Shown: positions 29,429 to 39,529, counted from the first letter of the stretch. The stretch is DNA of 64,000 nt from Pseudobdellovibrionaceae bacterium (GCA_044359815.1 JBIKLL010000003.1:32001-96000), one strand, 5' to 3'. Numbers and translations are program-made. The notes: generated by a model not told the origin, from the letters alone.

Positions 29429-30145
29429 CTACTGTGAATAGGCGTAAATCAAACTGCCGTAGCTGATCCGATTGATCAAATAATTGGTATAGGCATGATT
29501 AATTGCAGGACAGCCCCAGCTGCGACCCGGTTTGTCTTTACCAGGGCCAATATAATTAGAGCCATGAACCACAATCAAGCGTTCGCGAACTCGGTAATTA
29601 GAATCGCTGACCCCGCTGAGTCTTAACGAAAGGCCGTTGCCACCTTGGTATTCTTCCTGGGTGAACATAAACCCCAGTGATGACATCAGTGAACCGTTGA
29701 CGTTTGAAAAACGGGTAGCATAACCGTCGTTATCCGGGTCTGAGTTTTTACCATGGGCCACATGATAGACTTGAACTCTGCCTGATTTCATGTCCAGCAG
29801 AAAGTACCTTGCTTTCGTAGCATGCGGTTTGTAATTGATGATTGAAATATAGTTTTTGTTGTTCAATCTGCCACGGTGATAATTAAAAAACAAAACGGCT
29901 TCTTCAAGAGCTTTTGTGGGAACAATTCTTTGGGGATCGAGGTGATTGTATTTAGCCAGAATTTCTTTTTTCTCGATGGCTGAGTACGAAGGCTTTGCCC
30001 AAACATCTCTGCCCATGAAATTAGCAATAAAGTTTGGATCCGGATCACCTAAAATCTGTCCTTTATAAATTTCGGCATGGGCAGGTGTTCCCAAAAATCC
30101 AATGATCAAAAAGGCATTCAACAAAAGCGATGTTGCTTTTTTCAC
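29429..30145 (-). CDS. L,D-transpeptidase catalytic domain protein (YkuD_2-like)
   Basis: VAHGKNS, FSN, SSLGF, IVVHGSNY...GRSWGCPA; signal peptide (PAHA). Confidence 0.88.
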   Translation of the reverse strand: MKKATSLLLNAFLIIGFLGTPAHAEIYKGQILGDPDPNFIANFMGRDVWAKPSYSAIEKKEILAKYNHLDPQRIVPTKALEEAVLFFNYHRGRLNNKNYISIINYKPHATKARYFLLDMKSGRVQVYHVAHGKNSDPDNDGYATRFSNVNGSLMSSLGFMFTQEEYQGGNGLSLRLSGVSDSNYRVRERLIVVHGSNYIGPGKDKPGRSWGCPAINHAYTNYLINRISYGSLIYAYSQ

Positions 30146-30199
30146 TCAGGACCCCTTTCAAACTCAAAATACTATTAAAGGCAGAATGAAAAACTTTTT

Positions 30200-31207
30200 T
30201 CAATTGCGGTAGACTAGTTTTATGGGGATCTGAGTCCTGATTTCGTTGTTCAGTTTTTTAACATCACTTGGGATTTCAACCAGATCGCCGCGCAGCAAAT
30301 TTAATTCAGTTTTTTCACGGCTGAGTGCAGATATAAACATTCGTGTGGAATCAGAACAAGACATTAGTCTAGTTTTTCCTTTTTCATTTTGGATATCGCC
30401 GATGATTCTTGCGTAGTTTTTCGGAAGATCCAATTTGTATTTTGAAGCCAGCAGATAGCTCAGACTTAGGTCGCGTAATTTCATCGGCAGAATTTCTTGA
30501 ACGGATTTAAACCAATCAGGCAGCTCAAAATTAATTTTGTCGTGGCACCAATCCGTTTTGGAGTTTTCCAGTAATGGGCATCTGTCCTGATGGGTGCAAG
30601 GCGCCCAAATATGCCAATCATGATTGATTAAAACCTGTCTGAATTTTTGCAAATTTCTGCTGTCAGCTTGGGTGGCAGGTTCAACCATCATTTGCTGATC
30701 GAATTTTTTTAAAATTTTTAGCATCTTGTTGGGGTTTTCGGTTTCGGTCACAGAAAACGACGCCAAAAACAAACTGTCAACCATGGGCTCTTTGGGAAGC
30801 TCGGTGGATAAATGAATATCGGTGTTCAGAATTTTGCACAGCTTTTCCAACAGATGGTACAGTTCTTTGGATTGATCATGGCCAATAATTTTTAAATCTG
30901 CTCCCGAGAAATTCAAAAATCCAGCACCCAGGCCGCAGCCGTAATCAAAAACGGTTTTTGTGGAATCAAAAAAATTAAAAAAATCCCCTTGAGCTTTGGC
31001 TCTTTGGACTCGCAAATAATTGAGTGGGGTGTAATAAAAAAATTGCGCGATCACGACCTGAGGATCATCCCATTGAGTTTCTTTGGTGGGATTTTGAATG
31101 TAATAGTCGCTTTGTTTTTTAACGGCTTCAGCAATTTCCAGGGATGTGGGGGATCTCCCAGTCAGCTTATGAAAATATTCTGGCCAATGTGTAAAATCAA
31201 TTTTCAT
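30200..31207 (-). CDS. Rsm22/METTL17-like SAM-binding small-subunit assembly or methyltransferase protein
   Basis: FDYGCGLG, VEPAT, IWAPCTHQDRCP, DWCH, ARII. Confidence 0.8.
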   Translation of the reverse strand: MKIDFTHWPEYFHKLTGRSPTSLEIAEAVKKQSDYYIQNPTKETQWDDPQVVIAQFFYYTPLNYLRVQRAKAQGDFFNFFDSTKTVFDYGCGLGAGFLNFSGADLKIIGHDQSKELYHLLEKLCKILNTDIHLSTELPKEPMVDSLFLASFSVTETENPNKMLKILKKFDQQMMVEPATQADSRNLQKFRQVLINHDWHIWAPCTHQDRCPLLENSKTDWCHDKINFELPDWFKSVQEILPMKLRDLSLSYLLASKYKLDLPKNYARIIGDIQNEKGKTRLMSCSDSTRMFISALSREKTELNLLRGDLVEIPSDVKKLNNEIRTQIPIKLVYRN

Positions 31208-32208
31208 GTTGTTGCGGGCAGATTTCTGATCACTTGATTAATTTTAATGGCATTCATGCAATCAAAATGCGTGCATTGCTTTTCCCAGCATTTTGTCGAA
31301 GCTGGACAGGGCACTGTGGGTTCTAAAATAGTTATCAGCTTACCTCTTGGTGCCCAACGTGTGCTTGCGTGAACCTTCATGGGTGAATAAATGCTGATCA
31401 GAGGGGTTCCTACACCAGCTGCCAAATGAGCCACTCCTGTACTGGGCGCGATCACAGAGGTTGCCTGTGACAAGATATAAACTAAATCCGAAAACCGCAG
31501 TTTATCCTGCAGCCATCTGACCTGTTGGTGACCCATCCATTGAGCTTTGATTTTATCCAAATAAGGTTCATCACTTGTTGTTCCAGTGATGACAACCACC
31601 TGTGTTTCAATCAGCTTAGAAATCAGTTCACAATAATGATCCTGATCCCAGTTTCTGGCTGATCCAGCCATTCCGGGATGAACAACAAAATATTTTTTTG
31701 GTTTTAAGTGATACAGATTTAACAGCTCTGATTTATCAGTTGGTTGTAATTTTAAATATTGGGGTTGTGATTTATCCAGACGGAAAGCAAATTCTAAAAG
31801 TTCATGATTGTACTGGTATTCATGCTTATCTGATTTGCTGCGGCTTTGCCTGAGGGATTTATTTAAAAATAAATATGAATGCCATTGGCTTCGTCGGCCG
31901 ACGCGGTATCTGACCCCCGCAATTAAAAAAGCCAAGCTGACCCACCAAGGACAATAAAAAAACAAAACTCCACGAGGTTTTTGATTGCGGATTTGTTTAA
32001 CCAAGTTCCAGAAATTTTTCCAACTGGCAGCAGTGTCTGTGGTGAAAAACTGCCTTTTTGGGGCTGTTATTTCCATCAAGTCTGTAAGGGTTTGATTAAC
32101 CAACCAGGTGATCTGAGCTTTTTTGGTTTTTAAAGCTTCGATTTGGTCAACCGGCAGTGTGCAAACCAGATCACCAATTTTATCTACCCGTACAAAAATC
32201 CACTTCAT
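31204..32208 (-). CDS. GT9 glycosyltransferase (ADP-heptose:LPS heptosyltransferase-like)
   Basis: RVDKIGDLV, VVHPG, STGVAHLAAGVGTP, RWAP, C-terminal Cys cluster. Confidence 0.88.
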   Translation of the reverse strand: MKWIFVRVDKIGDLVCTLPVDQIEALKTKKAQITWLVNQTLTDLMEITAPKRQFFTTDTAASWKNFWNLVKQIRNQKPRGVLFFYCPWWVSLAFLIAGVRYRVGRRSQWHSYLFLNKSLRQSRSKSDKHEYQYNHELLEFAFRLDKSQPQYLKLQPTDKSELLNLYHLKPKKYFVVHPGMAGSARNWDQDHYCELISKLIETQVVVITGTTSDEPYLDKIKAQWMGHQQVRWLQDKLRFSDLVYILSQATSVIAPSTGVAHLAAGVGTPLISIYSPMKVHASTRWAPRGKLITILEPTVPCPASTKCWEKQCTHFDCMNAIKINQVIRNLPATT

Positions 32209-35064
32209 CTAGTTGAAGGTTTCCATTGGTGGGCAAGAACACATAATGTTTTTGTCACCATAGGCATTGTCCACACGTCCACTAGCTGGCCAGTATTTGT
32301 TGTCCTTTACAAATTTCAATGGGAAAGCCGCCTTTTCGCGTGTGAATGGAAATTTCCATTCTTGCTTGGTAACCATGTCGATTGTGAATGGCGAATTATA
32401 CAAAGCGCTGTCTTCAAGCTTAACCTTACCAGCAGCGACTTCATCAATTTCTTGTTTAATAGCAACCATGGCATCAATAAAACGATCAAGCTCTGCCTTG
32501 GATTCGCTTTCAGTGGGTTCCACCATCAAGGTGCCAACCACTGGGAAGCTCATTGTCGGTGCGTGAAACCCATAATCCATCAATCGTTTTGCAACATCGG
32601 TCACATCAACGCCCGAGGATTTTTTAAGACCTCTGAGATCCAAAATACACTCGTGTGCGACCAAGCCTTCTTTACCCTTGTACAGGACAGGAAAATGCGG
32701 ATCTAATTTTTTAGCAATATAGTTTGCGTTTAACATTGCCAGCAGTGTGGCTTTCTTTAACCCTTGAGCACCCATCATGTTGATGTAGCTCCAAGAAATT
32801 GTCAGGATGCTGGCGCTTCCCCAAGGGGCTGATGTCACCGAGCCAATTCCGTTGATTGGACCTGAATCATCACGCAGCTGATTTTTGGGTAAAAAATCTG
32901 CCAGATGAGAACCCACTCCGATAGGGCCGACGCCGGGGCCGCCGCCACCGTGAGGAATAGAAAATGTTTTATGTAAATTCATGTGAGCCACATCAGGTCC
33001 AAACTGACCTGGTTTGCATAATCCAACCAATGCATTCAGGTTGGCTCCGTCCATATAGACTTGGGCACCATGGCTGTGAATGACCTGGCAAATTTCTTTA
33101 ATTTTTTCCTCAAACACTCCATGGGTCGATGGGTAAGTAATCATCAAGGCAGCCAGTTTGTCGCTGTGGGCTTGAGCCTTGGATTTTAAATCTTGAACAT
33201 CAACGTTACCCTGATCGTCACATTGAACGACGACCACTTCCATGCCGGCCATTACAGCGCTGGCGGGATTGGTTCCATGAGCCGAGCTGGGTATTAAACA
33301 AATATTTCTGTGGCTTTGATTTTTTGATTGCAAATATTTTCTGATCACTAACAGACCGGCGTATTCACCCTGTGATCCCGCATTGGGTTGCAAGCTAACT
33401 GCGCTAAAACCTGTGATGTCGCACAATTTATCTTCTAGGTCCTTAAAAAACTCAACATAACCCAAGGTCTGATTCACTGGTGCAAAGGGATGGATGCTTC
33501 CAACCTCTGGCCATGACAACGGGACCAGTGAAGATGTAGAATTTAATTTCATCGTGCAAGATCCCAGCGGAATCATCGAATGGGTTAATGTTAAATCCTT
33601 GCCCTGCAACCTGTGGATGTATCGCAGAAGCTCAGTTTCTGTGTGATAAGAATTAAAAATCGGATGAGTCAAATATTTGGATTTGCGCTGAAACATCTGG
33701 GGAATCTGTGTGTTCAGATCAGCTCGAACGCCATTCATCACATCATCAACATTTTTGTGCGAAAACACTTCCAGTATTTGCTTAATGTCTTCCAGAGTTG
33801 TGGTTTGATTGATTGAAATTCCTAATTTACTGGGACTGAATTTTCTGAAATTCATTTCGCAGTATTCTGCTTTTAAACAAACCTCAGAGGCATTGATGTT
33901 ATCAATGGTGATCGTGTCAAAGAATGCTGATTCTGAAACCTGGAATCCTAGCTTTTTCAAAGAGCGTTGCAGAACGCAAGTCAGCTCATGAATTTTGGAT
34001 GCAATTTGTTTGATGCCATTGGGACCATGATAAACACCATACATTGAGGCCATATTCGCCAACAGCACCTGTGCCGTGCAGATGTTTGAAGTCGCTTTTT
34101 CGCGGCGAATGTGTTGTTCGCGCGTTTGCAACGTCAGACGCAAACAGTTTTTGCCTTGGGAATCTTTGGACACACCCACCAGTCGACCTGGGATGGATCT
34201 TTTATACTCCCCTTTAGTTGATAAAAACGCTGCATGCGGTCCACCAAAACCCAGTGGGACTCCAAATCGCTGAGAATTACCAACAACAATATCGGCTCCC
34301 CATTCACCCGGCGGAGTCAATAGTGCTAACGACATTAAATCCACATCAGCAATTAAAAATCCACCTTGGCTGTGAGTTTTTTCAGCTAATTCGCGGTAGT
34401 CTTCGATTCGACCGTCAGTGGTTGGATAAGACACAATTGTGCAAAAAGCCGGTTCCAATTGACCCAGATCCTTTTGTTCAAACAGTTTCATCGTCAAGCC
34501 CACAGGCTCCGTTCGAGTTTTTAGAACTTCAAGAACATGGGGATGTAAATCTTTGTGAGCATAAAAAATATTGGATTTGTTTTTACTCAGACCATGGGCC
34601 ATGGCAACAGCTTCAGCTGCCGCCGAGCCTTCATCCAACAACGAAGCATTAGCGATTTCAAGCCCTGTCAGATCTGCGATCATTGTTTGGAAATTCAATA
34701 AAGCTTCTAATCGACCCTGAGAAATTTCCGGCTGATAAGGAGTGTAGGCTGTGTACCAAACTGGGTTTTCTAAAATGTTTCTTTGAATCACCGTGGGCGT
34801 GATGGTGTCGTGAAATCCCATGCCGATGTAGGATTTAAAAATCAGATTTTTTTGCATCAAGGTTTTGATTTGCTTCGTGCTTTCAAATTCGCTGACGCCG
34901 TTTCCGAATTTAAGATCTTGGTTAGCTCGAATGTCTTTAGGAATTATTTTTGAAGCCATTTCGTCAAGGCTGGTGAAACCCAAAGATCTGAGCATTTCTG
35001 ATTCTTGCTCAGCTGATGGACCATTGTGACGATTTGCAAATTCAAGGTTAAGTTCTTGGTTCAT
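32209..35064 (-). CDS. gcvP: Glycine dehydrogenase (decarboxylating), P protein
   Basis: YTPYQPEISQGRLE, REQHIRREKATSNICTAQ, MIPLGSCTMKLN, NLHKTF, PHGGGGPG. Confidence 0.97.
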   Translation of the reverse strand: MNQELNLEFANRHNGPSAEQESEMLRSLGFTSLDEMASKIIPKDIRANQDLKFGNGVSEFESTKQIKTLMQKNLIFKSYIGMGFHDTITPTVIQRNILENPVWYTAYTPYQPEISQGRLEALLNFQTMIADLTGLEIANASLLDEGSAAAEAVAMAHGLSKNKSNIFYAHKDLHPHVLEVLKTRTEPVGLTMKLFEQKDLGQLEPAFCTIVSYPTTDGRIEDYRELAEKTHSQGGFLIADVDLMSLALLTPPGEWGADIVVGNSQRFGVPLGFGGPHAAFLSTKGEYKRSIPGRLVGVSKDSQGKNCLRLTLQTREQHIRREKATSNICTAQVLLANMASMYGVYHGPNGIKQIASKIHELTCVLQRSLKKLGFQVSESAFFDTITIDNINASEVCLKAEYCEMNFRKFSPSKLGISINQTTTLEDIKQILEVFSHKNVDDVMNGVRADLNTQIPQMFQRKSKYLTHPIFNSYHTETELLRYIHRLQGKDLTLTHSMIPLGSCTMKLNSTSSLVPLSWPEVGSIHPFAPVNQTLGYVEFFKDLEDKLCDITGFSAVSLQPNAGSQGEYAGLLVIRKYLQSKNQSHRNICLIPSSAHGTNPASAVMAGMEVVVVQCDDQGNVDVQDLKSKAQAHSDKLAALMITYPSTHGVFEEKIKEICQVIHSHGAQVYMDGANLNALVGLCKPGQFGPDVAHMNLHKTFSIPHGGGGPGVGPIGVGSHLADFLPKNQLRDDSGPINGIGSVTSAPWGSASILTISWSYINMMGAQGLKKATLLAMLNANYIAKKLDPHFPVLYKGKEGLVAHECILDLRGLKKSSGVDVTDVAKRLMDYGFHAPTMSFPVVGTLMVEPTESESKAELDRFIDAMVAIKQEIDEVAAGKVKLEDSALYNSPFTIDMVTKQEWKFPFTREKAAFPLKFVKDNKYWPASGRVDNAYGDKNIMCSCPPMETFN

Positions 35065-35065
35065 A

Positions 35066-35132
35066 AGGTGCCCTCGATTGAAAATAAAAAACCAGCTATT
35101 ACAGCTGATTTTAAAATATTTGAATGGCACCT
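35066..35132 (-). promoter_or_regulatory. Hairpin in the gcvP leader overlapping its ribosome-binding region
   Basis: AGGTGCC/GGCACCT arms (35066-35072, 35126-35132) with inner AAAATCAGCT/AGCTGGTTTT stem, ending 2 nt before the ATG. Confidence 0.45.
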
Positions 35133-35168
35133 AACCTAGCATGAAAAAATATTTTCAGGCTACGGAAA

Positions 35169-35558
35169 TTAGCGACCTGATTTTTTAGATGATTTCTTCT
35201 TAGATGCGGCTTTATTGGCCTTACCTAAAATGGCGGCTCTTAGCTTGACCTGTTGGTTATAAGCTAAGGTTTTGTATCTGGACAGATTGCTTTCAATGTC
35301 TTTAGCCTGGCGCTTCAGCAATGTGATAGTGGTCTTAAGCTCCTTATCCAATTCACCCTGAGCATCAACCAATTTTGATAAAACCAATTGAGCCCTGAAT
35401 TCGAGGGTTTTTAAACGACTTTGAGCTGCAGATTTGCCGCTAGTGGCCAGTTTTTCGATTTCAGAGCGAACCCTTTTAAATTCTTTTTTTAACGCCGTTA
35501 CGCGCTGTGGTCCCCTTAAATCAGAAAGCAATTTTTCGATATTGATTTGAATAGACAT
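35169..35558 (-). CDS. Small basic coiled-coil protein with Lys/Ser-rich tail
   Basis: SD AAGGAG before ATG 35558; heptad-rich; ends KAASKKKSSKKSGR. Confidence 0.7.
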   Translation of the reverse strand: MSIQINIEKLLSDLRGPQRVTALKKEFKRVRSEIEKLATSGKSAAQSRLKTLEFRAQLVLSKLVDAQGELDKELKTTITLLKRQAKDIESNLSRYKTLAYNQQVKLRAAILGKANKAASKKKSSKKSGR

Positions 35559-35688
35559 AAAAGTCTCCTTTAGTAATACCCAAACTTTATATAATATTTT
35601 GTAGGGATTTAAAAGATGATTTTGAAATTTCCCTCTGAAAAAGCTGATCTTTTGTAGTAGCAAAAACTCTAAACGCCAGTCTGAACCA

Positions 35689-37038
35689 TCACAAAACAAA
35701 ATTAAATTCTGTTACCAAAGCCCCTGGGACTTTAAGTCCACCCACTGATCTTTCTATGTAAGAATCCACAGAGGGAATAACGGCTGAATGGTCTGTGAAA
35801 TCCACTAAATGGGATCCAAAAACATCGTAAAAACTGCTATCAAATCTCATGTCACCAATAGGGGCTTTTATCTGACCATTTTCAACCCAAAAGCAGGCAA
35901 ATCGGGTCATGCCTGTGATCCTGGCTGACTGCAAATCACTCCAGTTAAGGTAGTGCAAATTTCCCACATAAATCCCAGTGTCCAGAGCCTTTAAAACCTC
36001 TGAGGCTGGCAATTGACCTGGCTTCACAACGGCGCTTCGTAGGAACTCCATTCCAAACAATCCGATGTCGGCACCATTGGATGCCATATTGTATTCTTGA
36101 GCGCTTCGGGAGCTGACTAAAAAATTTTTTAACACTCCGTTTGTGATCAGTGGCAAAACCTCGGGCGCCAATTCACCCGTGGAATTAAACTGAGGTGACA
36201 AACCCTGGTTGAAATCTTCGTAAATTGAAAATCGATCCGACAACTGCACTTCCTTGGAAGCTAATTTTTTCATAGGTGATCGGTTTTGTTTAAACGCCGC
36301 CAGGCTAAGGCCATTCCACGAAAGCATTGAAACCAAATCATGATTGGCTGCTGGTTCAAAATATGTCCTGTATTTACCCGGCTTGATGGTGACTTGATTC
36401 TGAGACAGCCGTTTTAGTTTTTCAAAATCTGAACTGAACTGATTTTCCAGATGGGTCTGATTCCATTTGCTTTCAGAAAAACAATTTTTCAAAGCCTTGT
36501 TCTGGCCGTCAGGGGTCTTTGTGTACATTGAATAGTCAAAAAAATATTCTTGCTTGTGATACCAATGATTAATCCCATGGCTGTTTTGAAAGGCCCTGTA
36601 AACATCACCGGTGGCAAAAATCCCTGCTAAATCCGCGGCGGCCGTAGAACGATTGATCAGAGGGCAAAATTCCTCGGCACTGGGCAAATCTGTTTTAAAT
36701 GAATGGGTAGATTTTGATTCACCAACCATGGGCACGCAATGTGGATCAGAGGGAAGGCTTTCGCACTCGGCACGGCATCTGTCTAAAAAAAACAAACAAG
36801 TTTGCAAATCCTGTTCAGCAGTTTGTTGCAAATCAAATCTGTAAACGATTTGTCGTTGGTTTTGTTGAAAGGTCATTTCGACTTTTCGTTGCTTCACAAA
36901 TGTTGATTGTCTGATTTTGGCGTTGTTAAAACGCACGTAATCAGTATCTTCACCTTTTAAGCCCAGGCTTAGTTCTTCAGATGGTTTTAGTTTTGTAAAA
37001 ACTGAATGACATAAATTATTAAACCAATTTTCTGTCAA
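35689..37038 (-). CDS. TldE/PmbA-family partner subunit
   Basis: YVRFN, PGKYRTYFEP, LHYLNWSD..RITGMTRF, MRFD; coupled to tldD. Confidence 0.85.
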   Translation of the reverse strand: MTENWFNNLCHSVFTKLKPSEELSLGLKGEDTDYVRFNNAKIRQSTFVKQRKVEMTFQQNQRQIVYRFDLQQTAEQDLQTCLFFLDRCRAECESLPSDPHCVPMVGESKSTHSFKTDLPSAEEFCPLINRSTAAADLAGIFATGDVYRAFQNSHGINHWYHKQEYFFDYSMYTKTPDGQNKALKNCFSESKWNQTHLENQFSSDFEKLKRLSQNQVTIKPGKYRTYFEPAANHDLVSMLSWNGLSLAAFKQNRSPMKKLASKEVQLSDRFSIYEDFNQGLSPQFNSTGELAPEVLPLITNGVLKNFLVSSRSAQEYNMASNGADIGLFGMEFLRSAVVKPGQLPASEVLKALDTGIYVGNLHYLNWSDLQSARITGMTRFACFWVENGQIKAPIGDMRFDSSFYDVFGSHLVDFTDHSAVIPSVDSYIERSVGGLKVPGALVTEFNFVL

Positions 37039-38507
37039 TGGCCGCCTCCGAAAACTTCGATATTTTTAAACAAACAAGGGGGGGATCCATGTCCCACGCG
37101 GATGATTTGATTGGGTTCACCCTTGCCACAATAAGGTGATCCATAAATTTCAAACTCAGAATCACTGCCCACCATCGCAAGCTGATTCCAAAACTGAGTG
37201 GTTGATCCCCTGTAGCCTGGATTTTTCACGACCTGTGCCAGTTTGCCGTTTTTAATCAATCGGCCGTATTCGCAGCCAAACTGGAATTTATTGCGGTAAT
37301 CATCAATGGACCAAGAAGAATTTGATTTCATTAAAATTCCAGATTCAGTATTTGAAATCATTTGGTCCATGGTATCAGTGCCCGGTACCACATTAATGTT
37401 GGCCATTCTGTCTATGGGTGCTCGGTTCCAGCTGGCTGATCGAAAGTTCGCCACACCGGGGATTTTTGATCTGGCCTGTGATTCCAGACTGCCCAGTCCT
37501 CTTTGTAAAATGCCGTCCTTAATTAAAAATTCCTTAGTGGCTTTGTTTCCAGAATCATCAAAATTATAACTGGCAAATTCACCTGGGTAGTTAGGTTCAA
37601 AACATACATTGAGCTTTTTTGATCCGTACTGCAGTTTGCCGAAATCCTGCGGTTTTACAAAACTCCAACCGGCGTAATTTCTTTCGTCGCCAAGGATTCG
37701 ATCCAGTTCCAGCGGATGCCCAATGGATTCGTGAATCTGCATCAGCATTTGGTCAGGACTTAGTAGCAGATCCCTGGTGTCCGATGGGCAGTTTTCCGCA
37801 TTGACCAGTTCGATGGCCTCTGAAGCAATTTGGCGGCAAGTTTCAAAAATCTGTTTTGGATCAAAAATTTCTAAACCCGTTTGTAAGCTGGTATGCAAGC
37901 CACCGGCTGTGGACCTGGTTTGTGAATCATAACCATTGTTTGCCGTTGCCGAATAATCATAGGTCATAAAAGTATACTGTTGAAAAATTTCTGAACCGTT
38001 TGATGTTAAATAGGTTTGATCCAGCTCAACGATTCTGGAAACAGCCTTTGCGGTTTTGATTTGATCACTGATTTGCAAGGCCTTGGTGGCTTGACACAGC
38101 ATCTGACAAAAATCACTGATCAGCTCAGAATCCAAATTTTTAAATAAAACAGTTTGGTATTTCCCTTTATTGGTTGGTCTTTGCTGGTGGGTGAAATTAA
38201 AAATATTCAAACCCTTTACGGCCTCTGAAATTTTTTTGAGTCTTAAAAATGCAGATTCAATACCCTGAGGACTTAAATCAGAAGTACCTGCATAAAAAAA
38301 CTGACCGTGGCTTAGGATTTCAATCATAAGTCCATAGTCGACATTGATATGATGCTGATCAGATTTTTGATCACGAAAGGATCTGGTATGGGTGATTTCC
38401 TGGCTGTGCCTCAGGCCTACCCATTCAAACTGAGTGGAATATTTGTTAAGCCAAAATTTTAAATCAAGTGGTTTTGGTTTAAATCCAGTGGCTAATGTGG
38501 CGTTCAT
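37035..38507 (-). CDS. tldD: TldD family metalloprotease
   Basis: QIHESIGHPLELDR HExxxH motif, PIDRMAN, CGKGEPNQ. Confidence 0.9.
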   Translation of the reverse strand: MNATLATGFKPKPLDLKFWLNKYSTQFEWVGLRHSQEITHTRSFRDQKSDQHHINVDYGLMIEILSHGQFFYAGTSDLSPQGIESAFLRLKKISEAVKGLNIFNFTHQQRPTNKGKYQTVLFKNLDSELISDFCQMLCQATKALQISDQIKTAKAVSRIVELDQTYLTSNGSEIFQQYTFMTYDYSATANNGYDSQTRSTAGGLHTSLQTGLEIFDPKQIFETCRQIASEAIELVNAENCPSDTRDLLLSPDQMLMQIHESIGHPLELDRILGDERNYAGWSFVKPQDFGKLQYGSKKLNVCFEPNYPGEFASYNFDDSGNKATKEFLIKDGILQRGLGSLESQARSKIPGVANFRSASWNRAPIDRMANINVVPGTDTMDQMISNTESGILMKSNSSWSIDDYRNKFQFGCEYGRLIKNGKLAQVVKNPGYRGSTTQFWNQLAMVGSDSEFEIYGSPYCGKGEPNQIIRVGHGSPPCLFKNIEVFGGGH

Positions 38508-39490
38508 TGCAAAACCTCTGTGGGAATCAAGTTTTTTTCCTTTAAAAAAGCATCGTTAAAAATCCGTGATTGGTATCGCAACCCAGAATCACACAATACC
38601 GTCACAAAAGTTTTTCCTTTGTTTTCAGGAAGCTTTGCCATCTGGTAACAGGCTGCCACATTTAAAGCGGCTGATGTGCCAACAACTAGGCCCTCGTTTC
38701 TGGCCAAAAAATAAAGCATATTGATCATTTGTCGATCACTGATTTTCAACGCGTCATCAATCAAAGCGCTTTTGAAATTTTCAGTCAGTCGCATGATCCC
38801 AATGCCCTCGGTGATGGAAGAGCCTTCGGTTTTAATTTCTTTGTTGTGAAAATAATCAAACATCCCTGAACCAAATGGATCAGCTAAAATAATTTTAATA
38901 CTTTCGTTTCGGCTTTTTAAAAAGCGGCTGACTCCGCTGATCGTCCCGCCAGATCCAGTGGCAGCAACAAAAAAATCCAGACGACCCATGGTTTGATGCC
39001 AAATTTCTGGTCCCGTTGATTGAAAATGAAATTCTGAGTTGGCTGTGTTTTCAAACTGGTTGGCCCAAAAAGAATTATCAGATTCTTGAGCCAGTTTTTT
39101 GGCAGTATGGTAAAAATGATTTTGATCTGCAAAAGGCACTGCGGGAACTTTGATTATTTTTACTCCCATAGCCTCAAGAATTTGATATTTCTCTGCGGAT
39201 TGATTGTCGGGCATCACAATAGTGCATTTATATCCGCGTTGCAGAGATAAAGTCGCCAAACCTATACCTGTATTGCCTGCCGTGCCTTCAAAAATTGTAA
39301 ATCCTGGTTTTAATAAACCTCGGGTTTCAGCATCCATAATGATGCCCTTTGCTGCGCGGTCCTTAATACTGCCGCCAGGATTTAAAAACTCGGCCTTTCC
39401 AAATATTTGGCAGCCAGTCATTTCGCTGAGGACTTTTAGTTTAATTAATGGAGTGTTTCCAACAATTTCAAGTGTATTTCCTGTTTGCAT
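38504..39490 (-). CDS. cysK: Cysteine synthase
   Basis: GNTPL, KAEFLNPGGSIKDR, EGTAGNTG, NQFEN, GSGGT, LCDSGLRY. Confidence 0.92.
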   Translation of the reverse strand: MQTGNTLEIVGNTPLIKLKVLSEMTGCQIFGKAEFLNPGGSIKDRAAKGIIMDAETRGLLKPGFTIFEGTAGNTGIGLATLSLQRGYKCTIVMPDNQSAEKYQILEAMGVKIIKVPAVPFADQNHFYHTAKKLAQESDNSFWANQFENTANSEFHFQSTGPEIWHQTMGRLDFFVAATGSGGTISGVSRFLKSRNESIKIILADPFGSGMFDYFHNKEIKTEGSSITEGIGIMRLTENFKSALIDDALKISDRQMINMLYFLARNEGLVVGTSAALNVAACYQMAKLPENKGKTFVTVLCDSGLRYQSRIFNDAFLKEKNLIPTEVLQ

Positions 39491-39529
39491 AGATAGACTT
39501 TTGCCCTGAGCAGTGCTTAAAGTCTACCG

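Noticed and set aside
32143..32706. 187-aa plus-strand ORF and the many other short antisense ORFs in the track
   Set aside because: Shadow ORFs opposite or inside well-supported genes, with no recognisable motifs.
35689..38507. RiPP biosynthetic cluster around tldD/E
   Set aside because: No precursor peptide, YcaO, radical SAM maturase or exporter adjacent.
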